A stretch of 64,000 nucleotides of DNA. It comes from Patescibacteria group bacterium. Its GTDB lineage: Bacteria; Patescibacteriota; Patescibacteriia; UBA9934. A model generated the notes under the pieces. It was not told the origin of the DNA. It saw only the letters and a program-made list of their open reading frames with translations, and searched no databases. Shown piece after piece: positions 55,848 to 64,000 of this stretch. Location: contig JBAYHI010000001.1 in assembly GCA_041666205.1 (NCBI GenBank), forward strand, positions 90,894 to 154,893. Reading direction: 5' to 3'. Each line of letters starts with the position of its first letter. Positions within the stretch are counted from its first letter, which is position 1. The position numbers and the translations under genes were made by a program.

Positions 55848-58397
55848 ATGCCAAACCAAGAAGAAGAGAAAAAAGAACCCATTGACGTCGGCAATGCCGG
55901 GGAACTCATTTCTCAATCCATCACCGAAGAAATGCAGCGCTCGTACCTCGACTACGCCATGAGCGTCATTGTTTCGCGTGCGCTTCCCGATGTGCGCGAT
56001 GGCTTGAAGCCGGTGCAACGTCGAATTTTGTATGCAATGTGGAGCATTGGACTTCGATCAAACGCAAAATTCCGAAAGTCGGCAAACGTGGTTGGGGAAG
56101 TGATGGCAAAATATCACCCGCACGGCGACTCTTCTATTTACGAAGCCATGGTTCGCATGGCGCAGGATTTTTCGTATCGACATCCGCTGGTGCGAGGCCA
56201 AGGGAACTTTGGTTCCATGGACGGCGATTCCGCTGCTGCCATGCGTTATACCGAAGCAAAACTGGAATCCGATGCGGAAGAACTTCTTTTTGATATTGAA
56301 AAAAACACGGTCAATTTTCAACCAAACTACGATGGCGCACACCAAGAACCGATGGTTTTGCCGTCAAAATATCCAAACCTCCTCGTGAATGGCACGCTTG
56401 GGATTGCGGTTGGGATGGCAACGAGCATTCCTCCGCACAATTTGCGTGAGGTGTGTAATGCCACCATTGCGCTCATCGACAAGCCAACCATTACGCTCGA
56501 TGAGCTCATGGAACATATTCAAGGCCCAGATTTTCCAACCGGTGCCACGGTGTATGGGGTGCGCGATATTAAAGCCGCCTATGCCACCGGGCGCGGGGGA
56601 GTAGTGGTGCGCGCAAACGCCGAAATTTCAGAAAATAAGCGTGGGGTTTCGCAAATCATTATTTCCGAAATTCCGTACATGCTCAATAAGGCCACGCTCG
56701 TGGAAAAAATTGCGGATTTGGTTCACGAAAAGAAAGTCGATGGCATTAAAGATTTGCGCGATGAATCCAATAAAGACGGTGTGCGCGTTGTGGTGGAGCT
56801 CAAAAAAGATGCGTATCCGAAAAAAGTATTGAATCAACTCTATCAACTCACGCCGCTCCAGACCGCATTTCACTTCAATGTGGTTGCGCTTGTCGATGGC
56901 ATTCAGCCTCGCACGTTGGCGCTCAAAACGATTCTTGAGGAACACATCAAACATCGCCGTGAAGTGGTGCGACGTCGCACAGAATACGATTTGGCCCGAG
57001 CCGAAGAGCGCGCCCATATTTTGGAGGGGCTCATGATTGCGCTTGCAAAAATCGATCAGGTGATCGCCACGATCAAGAAATCCTCTGATAAAGACGAAGC
57101 GCGCGTGAACCTCATGTCCAAGTTCAAAATGACTGAGCGTCAGGCCGTGGCAATTCTTGAAATGCGTTTGCAAAGCTTGGCAAACCTCGAGCAACTCAAA
57201 ATTGAAACCGAGTACAAGGAAAAAATGGATTTGATTGCAGAACTCGAAGCCATCCTCAAATCTGAAAAGCGCATGCTTGCCGTGATTCGCAAAGAATACG
57301 AAGAATTGCGCGACAAATATGGAAACGATCGTCGCACGCGCATTATCAAGGCGGGCGTGAAGGATTTTTCCATGGAAGATCTCATTCCCGATACGCAAAC
57401 AATTGTCATGATGACCAAAGATGGGTACATCAAGCGCATGAGCCCAGACACCTTCCGCGCACAAAGCCGTGGAGGCAAAGGCGTTTCGGGCGTCACCACA
57501 AAAGAAGAAGATAGTGTTGCCTCGATTTTCTCGTCTTCCACACACCAAGACATCATGTTCTTCACGACGCGCGGTCGCGTATTCAAATTAAAAGTGTACG
57601 AAATCCCTGAGGCATCACGCACGGCCAAGGGTCAAGCGATTGTGAATTTCTTGGAGCTCGCCCCTGGCGAATCCGTAACCGCCACTATGAATTCAAACGA
57701 CATGCAGTCAACCAGCTATATTTTCATGGTCACAAAATTGGGCACGGTGAAGAAAACCGACATGAAAGATTTCGAAAACGTGCGTCGATCTGGTCTCATC
57801 GCCTTGAAACTCCGCGATGGCGATTCGCTCGAATGGGTGATGGGGACAACTGGGGAAGACGACATTGTGCTTGTTACGCGCGATGGGATGTCGATTCGCT
57901 TTAATGAAAAAGATGTGCGCCCCATGGGTCGCACGGCTTCGGGCGTGCGCGGACTCCGTCTCAAGGGCGATGATCAGATTATTAGCATGGGACTTCTCAC
58001 GAAAAACGATATCAAAGACGGGCGCCTCCTCTTGGTTGCGAGCGAACACGGCTATGGAAAACGCACGCCTATGCGCGAATATAAAGTGCAACGCCGTGGC
58101 GGTTCAGGGATCAAAACCGGTAACATTACCTCAAAAACGGGTAAATTGGTTGCTGCACACCTCGTCAAAAAAGACGATAAGCGCGATTTGCTCGTGATGT
58201 CGTCTGCGGGGCAGGTGATTCGCACAGCATCAAACGCGGTTTCAACGCTTGGGCGTGCAACGCAGGGCGTGCGCATTATGCGCTTCAAAAAGCCGGGCGA
58301 TAGCGTTGCAAGCGTGGCGTTCCTGGATCCTGAAGAAGCACAAAAAGAAATCAAAAAGATTGAAAAAGAAATTGGGGTAGAGGAAGAGAAAAAATAA
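55848..58397 (+). CDS. gyrA: DNA gyrase subunit A
   Basis: [24 protein letters not shown], GyrA-box QSRGGKG, CTD blades. Confidence 0.99.
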   Translation: MPNQEEEKKEPIDVGNAGELISQSITEEMQRSYLDYAMSVIVSRALPDVRDGLKPVQRRILYAMWSIGLRSNAKFRKSANVVGEVMAKYHPHGDSSIYEAMVRMAQDFSYRHPLVRGQGNFGSMDGDSAAAMRYTEAKLESDAEELLFDIEKNTVNFQPNYDGAHQEPMVLPSKYPNLLVNGTLGIAVGMATSIPPHNLREVCNATIALIDKPTITLDELMEHIQGPDFPTGATVYGVRDIKAAYATGRGGVVVRANAEISENKRGVSQIIISEIPYMLNKATLVEKIADLVHEKKVDGIKDLRDESNKDGVRVVVELKKDAYPKKVLNQLYQLTPLQTAFHFNVVALVDGIQPRTLALKTILEEHIKHRREVVRRRTEYDLARAEERAHILEGLMIALAKIDQVIATIKKSSDKDEARVNLMSKFKMTERQAVAILEMRLQSLANLEQLKIETEYKEKMDLIAELEAILKSEKRMLAVIRKEYEELRDKYGNDRRTRIIKAGVKDFSMEDLIPDTQTIVMMTKDGYIKRMSPDTFRAQSRGGKGVSGVTTKEEDSVASIFSSSTHQDIMFFTTRGRVFKLKVYEIPEASRTAKGQAIVNFLELAPGESVTATMNSNDMQSTSYIFMVTKLGTVKKTDMKDFENVRRSGLIALKLRDGDSLEWVMGTTGEDDIVLVTRDGMSIRFNEKDVRPMGRTASGVRGLRLKGDDQIISMGLLTKNDIKDGRLLLVASEHGYGKRTPMREYKVQRRGGSGIKTGNITSKTGKLVAAHLVKKDDKRDLLVMSSAGQVIRTASNAVSTLGRATQGVRIMRFKKPGDSVASVAFLDPEEAQKEIKKIEKEIGVEEEKK

Positions 58398-58399
58398 AT

Positions 58400-59236
58400 A
58401 TGTTTCCTGAATTTCATCAGACTTATATTTCGTACGGGGGCTCGTACGATTGGGTTGAGGCTATCATGGCAGTGTTAACTCTTATAGCGGTGGGGGTGGC
58501 TTTGTTTCAAGAATGGTTTCGGCGTCTTTTTCAGAGGGTTAACGCGACAAATATTCATCTCATTTTTGATTCGAATCACCCGTATCGTGTTTGCATCCAA
58601 GATGTTGAAACTAGCGGTGTTTGGATCCCGGCAGTATTTTATCGACTGAAGATTGAGAATAAAGGGAAAAATATTTTACGTAGTGCACAAGTTTTTTTGG
58701 AGCATTGTGAAAAACAAAACAAACACGGTGGGTGGGAAGATCGAAGAATTTTGCCAATGCCTTTGCAATGGAGTTATCTCCAGGAGCGGAAAGACGTGAC
58801 GAAGAGAATCGCATCTGATATTTTTGGGGGAGGAGAGCAATTTCTAGACTTTGGAGATTTTCAGGTATTGGATGCTTTTTTTCCAAATCCTCGATTTCGT
58901 TTGAAGACAATGGTTGCCTCAACGAAAATAACTTCTCGCAAAGGACTTTTGAAAGATTTTTGGATTTCTCCACAGGATTTTGAAAGTGGCATCTACCGTT
59001 TTAAATTAAAGGTGTATGGAAGCAACCTTTCAAAACCAATAGACTTCAGAGTTGAATTAGAGTTATTCGATTTCGATAATAAATGTAGAGAGTTTCTAAA
59101 AAATCCGGAAAAAAATATTGACGACATCGTAAGACTTCATATATGTACACGCAAAAAACATTCGCCTTGCCAGAACTCAAGGGTTTATCGCAAAAACAAA
59201 TTGACGCGCACCTCAAGCTCTACGAAGGGTACGTGA
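58400..59236 (+). CDS. Hypothetical AT-rich protein with N-terminal TM
   Basis: 278-aa ORF; 3' end overlaps sod by 94 nt. Confidence 0.65.
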   Translation: MFPEFHQTYISYGGSYDWVEAIMAVLTLIAVGVALFQEWFRRLFQRVNATNIHLIFDSNHPYRVCIQDVETSGVWIPAVFYRLKIENKGKNILRSAQVFLEHCEKQNKHGGWEDRRILPMPLQWSYLQERKDVTKRIASDIFGGGEQFLDFGDFQVLDAFFPNPRFRLKTMVASTKITSRKGLLKDFWISPQDFESGIYRFKLKVYGSNLSKPIDFRVELELFDFDNKCREFLKNPEKNIDDIVRLHICTRKKHSPCQNSRVYRKNKLTRTSSSTKGT

Positions 59237-59712
59237 AAAATACCAATGCGCTTTTGGAAAAATTAGAGGCGCTTCGTGGCTCGGAGAGCTCACCCGAGTT
59301 TTCTGAACTCACGCGTCGACTTGGCTTTGAGTGGAATGGCATGCGCTTACACGAATATTATTTCGAGCAATTTGAAAACGCGGGTGTAGGCGATGCACAT
59401 ACACTTGAGGAAAAATTGACTGCACAATTTGGGAGCATGGATGCATGGAAAAAAGAGTTCCTGCGCATCGGCATGATGCGGGGGATTGGCTGGGCATTGC
59501 TTGTGCAAGACGAGCGCACCGGAGTGCTCTTGAATCATTGGGTTTCAGATCACGAAGTTGGGCACTTGGCTGGCGTGCGCATTTTACTCGCCATGGACGT
59601 TTGGGAGCACGCCTATTTGCTCGATTATCTGCCCGCGGAGCGACAAAAATATCTCGACGCATTTTTTGAGAACGTGAACTGGGGAGTGGTAGAAAAACGA
59701 TTCGTTAAATAG
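59143..59712 (+). CDS. Fe/Mn superoxide dismutase family protein
   Basis: HLKLYEGYV, NGMRLHEYYF, GIGW, MDVWEHAY. Confidence 0.93.
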   Translation: MYTQKTFALPELKGLSQKQIDAHLKLYEGYVKNTNALLEKLEALRGSESSPEFSELTRRLGFEWNGMRLHEYYFEQFENAGVGDAHTLEEKLTAQFGSMDAWKKEFLRIGMMRGIGWALLVQDERTGVLLNHWVSDHEVGHLAGVRILLAMDVWEHAYLLDYLPAERQKYLDAFFENVNWGVVEKRFVK

Positions 59713-59792
59713 TTTTTGAAGGAAGAACCGTTGACATGGGCGGTTCTTTTTGATATTCTCGCGTTTGCCAATAACGGCAGCTTGGAGGTCCT

Positions 59793-60146
59793 TTGCGAAG
59801 AGCTCGTGGTGGCCCGTTGGTCGTTGTGCTTGCGAGAGGTGGTCGGTTCAAGGACGATAAGGACGAGTTGCGCACGCAACTCTCCGAAGTTCTGCGGGTC
59901 GAGCCGGACCAGATTCAATTCCGGCAAGTCGCATCGGCACATCTCCCTGCGCATGTCGTGAAGGTGAAGATCTCAGAGTCCGTGCTTCCCATTGGGGAGC
60001 AGGATATCGAACGACTCCTGCGCAACAGGATCCCGAAGTACGCTTCGTGGTTCAAGGTCATCATCCGTCGACAGCCTTCGATCATTCGTACTGACTCCGG
60101 TCGTCCACCTGCGCACCGCCGGGCCCCCGTGCAGATGGGCCGTTAG
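59793..60146 (+). CDS. Hypothetical protein (GC-rich orphan)
   Basis: TTGACA-N17-TATTCT promoter, GGAGG SD, GC-rich terminator about 60166-60199. Confidence 0.65.
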   Translation: MRRARGGPLVVVLARGGRFKDDKDELRTQLSEVLRVEPDQIQFRQVASAHLPAHVVKVKISESVLPIGEQDIERLLRNRIPKYASWFKVIIRRQPSIIRTDSGRPPAHRRAPVQMGR

Positions 60147-60301
60147 CTCATCATCGTCTCCCCGTCGCCGACCCTCCTAGGGCCGGCGTCGCTGTTTTTA
60201 TTGGCATAATTCCTTGACTTTTTGTCAAAATTATGCTACCTTTCCCGGTCGCCAATACAGATTGGCAACACCATCTGCCACCTTCGGCAGATGAAGGAGG
60301 A

Positions 60302-60784
60302 ATGATGGAAAGCCAGGAGGGCCGTGTTTGGAAGTACTATTCCGCAAAACGGAAGTTGCACGAGCAGATGATGTCTCTTGAAGGTACGCGCGAAGTTGAA
60401 GTCCCAGACATCTTGATTCTCGAGGCGGATGCATCACAGATCCTTGTCACGTTCGTGACCTGGATCATGGATCAGAGTGGTTCCGCTGATATCAAGATTC
60501 CTGTTAGCGGGATGGTCCGGCATCTGGGAACCCCTATCGTCGTGCACTGCGGTTTTCTCATGCAGTGGCCCGTCGATGCGCTCGATGAGTGGGTCGAAAC
60601 GAGTATTGAACTGAATGCATTCCACAAGCGCCGGGTCGTTCAGAGGGCGCGGGCATTCAAGGAAGGATCCATTACCCCGAACCTCATGCAGATCGTGGTC
60701 GATACAGATGCAGATTATTGCGACCAGAACGAGTTCATGACGCAGGTTGTGACTCTGCTCCAGGAGCGCTACAAGAACGCCTAG
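60302..60784 (+). CDS. Hypothetical protein (GC-rich orphan)
   Basis: AAGGAGG SD before ATGATG. Confidence 0.7.
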   Translation: MMESQEGRVWKYYSAKRKLHEQMMSLEGTREVEVPDILILEADASQILVTFVTWIMDQSGSADIKIPVSGMVRHLGTPIVVHCGFLMQWPVDALDEWVETSIELNAFHKRRVVQRARAFKEGSITPNLMQIVVDTDADYCDQNEFMTQVVTLLQERYKNA

Positions 60785-61002
60785 TCTCGTTATTGCCCTG
60801 AAATGAGTGTCCAGTGAACAGAAGAAACCTTGAAATTCCTGAAGATCCTATGGATTGGTTGATCACGGGAATACGAACTTGCTGTCCTACGTCGCGCCCC
60901 GCGGGCAACTGCGGGGACTTATTTTACAAAAATTTCGGGGATTCGGGCTCATTCTTGACGAAATATGCAATTTCGCATACACTGCCCGCATATTAATTGA
61001 CT

Positions 61003-61263
61003 ATGCCATTACCAGCATTTAGAAACTCACGATCAAAAGTTCGCCGACGTCGCTCCCATTTGGCTTTGAGCGCAATCAATCTTGCGGTTTGTCCAAAATG
61101 TGAAGCGCCAATTTTACCTCATCATGCCTGCGAGAAATGCGGAAATTACCGCAACCGCACCATGAAAGGCAAAACCAAAAATGTGGAAAAAGTTTTGGAG
61201 AAAAAGACCAAAGCCAAGGCGCCAAAAGCAAAGAAAGCCAAAGCCGAGGAACCAAAAGCCTAA
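61003..61263 (+). CDS. rpmF: 50S ribosomal protein L32 (Zn-binding type, Lys-rich tail)
   Basis: SRSKVRRRRSH, CPKC...PHHACEKCG.Y. Confidence 0.95.
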   Translation: MPLPAFRNSRSKVRRRRSHLALSAINLAVCPKCEAPILPHHACEKCGNYRNRTMKGKTKNVEKVLEKKTKAKAPKAKKAKAEEPKA

Positions 61264-61331
61264 ATTGAAAATGTCCGGGCTTGCCCCGGGCATTTTGAAT
61301 TCCAGGCAATTTGGATTATACTGCTACCGTT

Positions 61332-61820
61332 ATGTCGAATCGCCACCTTGCACGTACCATGGCAATGCAATGCCTATTTCAATGGGATTTCCGCGGAAAA
61401 CACACCGCAAATCTCCCAGAGATTATTGAGCATGTAAAAACGGAATTTGCTCCTGATTTTGACGAGGGAGGTTATGTTGCCACGCAAGTGCAAGGCGTCA
61501 TGGACCACATTGAAGAGATCGATGAGCTTCTCAACAAATTTGCGCCGGAATGGAATATTGGCGAGATGACCAATACGGACCGGAATATTTTGCGCCTGGG
61601 CGTTTACGAACTCAAATGGGATGAGAAGATCCCTTCCAAGGTCGCCATCAATGAAGCCATTGAACTTGGCAAAGCGTTCGGTGGCGATGCATCAGGCAAA
61701 TTTGTGAATGGTGTTTTGGGTGCAATATTCAAAGATATGGCAGAGCGCGGAGAGCAAAAGCATATCGATGAATCACAAACCGAAGAAAAAAATGAAGAGG
61801 CCCCAGCGGCCACTGTATGA
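61332..61820 (+). CDS. nusB: Transcription antitermination factor NusB
   Basis: [39 protein letters not shown]. Confidence 0.96.
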   Translation: MSNRHLARTMAMQCLFQWDFRGKHTANLPEIIEHVKTEFAPDFDEGGYVATQVQGVMDHIEEIDELLNKFAPEWNIGEMTNTDRNILRLGVYELKWDEKIPSKVAINEAIELGKAFGGDASGKFVNGVLGAIFKDMAERGEQKHIDESQTEEKNEEAPAATV

Positions 61821-62509
61821 CCAATAATTTGAAGGCCTTTGCAAAGAAAATTGGCATTCCATTTGCGGAAGATAGTCACTTGCGCCAAGCGCTCGTGCAC
61901 CGATCGTACTTGAATGAGCATGCCGATTTCGAACTTGCGCACAATGAGCGTTTAGAGTTTTTAGGCGACGCTGTGCTTGAACTCGTGGTCACCGAATACC
62001 TCTACAACCACTACGACAACCCAGAAGGCGAGCTGACCAACTGGCGCGCAGCCATGGTTAACGGCGCAAATCTAGCGAAAGTTGCGCATACGCTTGGAAT
62101 CGAAGAGCACTTGTATTTATCCAAAGGCGAGGAAAAAGAAACCAATCCAAAGGCGCGCAATTATATTCTTGCTAATGCCATGGAAGCAATTATCGGATCG
62201 GTTTACATTGATTTTGGATGGGATGAGGCAAAACGATTTATTTTGGCAAAGATTGTTTCCACGCTCCCAGAGATCATGGATAAAAAACTCTACATCGATC
62301 CAAAGAGTCGTTTCCAAGAAGAAGCGCAGTCGCGCACAGCCACCACGCCAAATTATAAAGTGGTTGAAGAAACCGGCCCGGATCATAATAAGATTTTCCG
62401 CGTGGGCGTTTATCTTGGGAAAGATCTGGTGGCAGAGGGGACTGGCACCTCAAAACAAGAAGCGCAAATTGATGCAGCAAAGAATGCACTTGAAGCCAAG
62501 GCGTGGTAG
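61817..62509 (+). CDS. rnc: Ribonuclease III
   Basis: [19 protein letters not shown], ds[11 protein letters not shown]...GPDH...SKQEAQ. Confidence 0.98.
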   Translation: MTNNLKAFAKKIGIPFAEDSHLRQALVHRSYLNEHADFELAHNERLEFLGDAVLELVVTEYLYNHYDNPEGELTNWRAAMVNGANLAKVAHTLGIEEHLYLSKGEEKETNPKARNYILANAMEAIIGSVYIDFGWDEAKRFILAKIVSTLPEIMDKKLYIDPKSRFQEEAQSRTATTPNYKVVEETGPDHNKIFRVGVYLGKDLVAEGTGTSKQEAQIDAAKNALEAKAW

Positions 62510-62612
62510 AAAAAATGATAAACAAAAAAGCGGCAGATAAACTGCTGCTTTTTTACCGCCAGAATTCTTGATTTTTTCAAGAACTCTGGTAGGCTCCTGA
62601 CCCGTGTGGTGG

Positions 62613-62894
62613 TCAGAAGAAGACTTGGACGTTGGGTTCGTCGCGATGCTTGATCATGTAGTAGATGAAGACGGTGGCTATAGAGCCACAATAGATCAAG
62701 TAGACGATGGCGAGCGGAGCCAAGAAGGAGACAGGGCCACCCGCCCAGCCAGGACCGAATACACCGTTCAATACGACGTACACCATGAAAACCATGGCGC
62801 CTGAGATGGCTGCGGTGAGGTACATCGCCATAGCGGCGATACCCATGATCATGCCGGCAAGGGCGGCATAAATCAACGGACTTTTCCTGTTCAT
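62613..62894 (-). CDS. Hypothetical small membrane protein (GC-rich orphan)
   Basis: AGGAGG SD; hydrophobic 93 aa. Confidence 0.7.
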   Translation of the reverse strand: MNRKSPLIYAALAGMIMGIAAMAMYLTAAISGAMVFMVYVVLNGVFGPGWAGGPVSFLAPLAIVYLIYCGSIATVFIYYMIKHRDEPNVQVFF

Positions 62895-63033
62895 GAGAGT
62901 CCTCCTGGTAGATCGAGTTACTCTTGAGTTGCGGATTACATTGGAACAGAAAATTGATGTTTCGTCAAGCCTTATTCGTTGACATTACTGCAAAAATTAG
63001 ATATGATCTTCGCACGGTTTGGCTTTTGAACAC

Positions 63034-63110
63034 GCGGCGTTAGCTCAGCTGGATAGAGCGTCTGGCTTCGGACCAGAAGGTCGGGGGTTCAAATCCTCCA
63101 CGCCGCACCA
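63034..63110 (+). tRNA. tRNA-Arg(TCG)
   Basis: GCGGCGT...TCTGG-CTTCGGA-CCAGA...ACGCCGCACCA. Confidence 0.95.
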
Positions 63111-63298
63111 GCCTTCGCTTCCTTTGGAAGCTACGGCTGGCAGGCCATCGCGAAAAAGATTCATAGATTTAGCGAATGTATGAATTTAGATGGATTGCAA
63201 GGAAAAAATCGAGCAATGAGGAGACGTACCTATATGGTACGACGACGAAATGCACAGATTTTTGACGAAGCAAGCCGCTAAATTCATAATGAGCATAT

Positions 63299-63373
63299 GC
63301 ACCGATAGCTCAGCGGTAGAGCAGGTGGCTCTTAACCACTTGGTCGGGGGTTCAAATCCCTCTCGGTGCACCA
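63299..63373 (+). tRNA. tRNA-Lys(CTT)
   Basis: GCACCGA...GGTGG-CTCTTAA-CCACT...TCGGTGCACCA. Confidence 0.95.
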
Positions 63374-63537
63374 CAAAAACACTCAGGTTGACCCTGGGTG
63401 TTTTTGTATGAATCAAAGCAAACCAACTGCTTGGTTTGCGTAGGGATTTTGAACGCCGGAGCCATATTCTGCCAGCAGGCAGAATGGCGAGGCGGTGGCT
63501 AGGTCAAAGCAAGTGACGACGAGCTTTGAGCCGAAGC

Positions 63538-63558
63538 CAAATCCCTCTCGGTGCACCA
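63538..63558 (+). repeat. 21-bp duplicate of the tRNA-Lys 3' end
   Basis: CAAATCCCTCTCGGTGCACCA identical to 63353-63373. Confidence 0.92.
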
Positions 63559-63658
63559 TCCCCCTTCGCTCAACTTCGTTGAGCTACGGAGGGATGTCCC
63601 CAACGAAGCCCGAGTTTAACGAGGGCGAAGTGGAGACAAAAAGATACTCAAGTTTACC

Positions 63659-63898
63659 TTGGGTATTTTTTTAATTCTTGCTATACTCACCTCATCTATG
63701 CTCGATTTTTTACTCGTGACCGCTATCATTTTTATTGTGGGGCCCTTGCTTGTGATTGAAGGCTTTGCCATCTGGATCTTTTTGGCATTTTCACGAGCCG
63801 ATAAACTCGCCACCAGCGTTACGCGCATGGCAGGGTGGTGGATTCTTGGAGGGATCGTTATTTTAATTATTTATTTCATTTTGCGGGCGTTCTCATAA
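63659..63898 (+). CDS. Small hydrophobic membrane protein
   Basis: Hydrophobic ORF; start uncertain. Confidence 0.5.
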   Translation: MGIFLILAILTSSMLDFLLVTAIIFIVGPLLVIEGFAIWIFLAFSRADKLATSVTRMAGWWILGGIVILIIYFILRAFS

Positions 63899-63900
63899 CT

Positions 63901-64000
63901 ATGGATCGCATTTACATTTTGGGAATTCTTTTTCTTGTCTTTGCTCTATTTGCCATCTTTATCGGGAGGAAGCGAGGCTTTTTTGCGTTAATCGCATTGG
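63901..64000 (+). CDS. Membrane protein start, possibly YibE/F family (runs off window)
   Basis: Own translation MDRIYILGILFLVFALFAIFIGRKRGFFALIAL. Confidence 0.45.
   Translation, partial: MDRIYILGILFLVFALFAIFIGRKRGFFALIAL

Noticed and set aside
1-64000. CRISPR array, integron or prophage
   Set aside because: No regularly spaced repeat-spacer series; no cas, integrase, transposase or phage structural gene recognised

Overview
Core-genome segment of a small-genome bacterium, most likely Patescibacteria/CPR (Parcubacteria-like). This is inferred from the 16S primer-site mismatches, the unlinked 16S gene, a CPR-type surface-protein N-terminal domain and SD-less core genes. Housekeeping content: rpsR (partial), epmA-efp, ftsK-rodZ-like-recA, rpoBC, yebC-ruvC, a solitary 16S rRNA, rpsP-khpA-trmD, a shortened smc, clpP, tsaD-tsaE, a PilB/GspE ATPase, ftsH, rpsA, gyrA, sod, rpmF-nusB-rnc and nine tRNAs. 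The most interesting signal is non-coding. (1) A class of GC-rich orphan genes and mini-transcription units has strong Shine-Dalgarno sites, unlike the core genes, and heavily structured UTRs. It includes a 37.7-40.8 kb locus where every cistron sits behind a structured RNA; two of these RNAs are clear homologues with compensatory changes. (2) Two promoter-driven long-hairpin ncRNA candidates occur, one 6S-like and directly upstream of rpoBC. (3) A hairpin family is fused to tRNA CCA ends, and antisense T-arm copies lie downstream of tRNAs. (4) Single accessory genes are bracketed by duplicated terminators. (5) A REP palindrome is inserted in-frame in rpsA. All folds and alignments were done by eye; no database searches were run.
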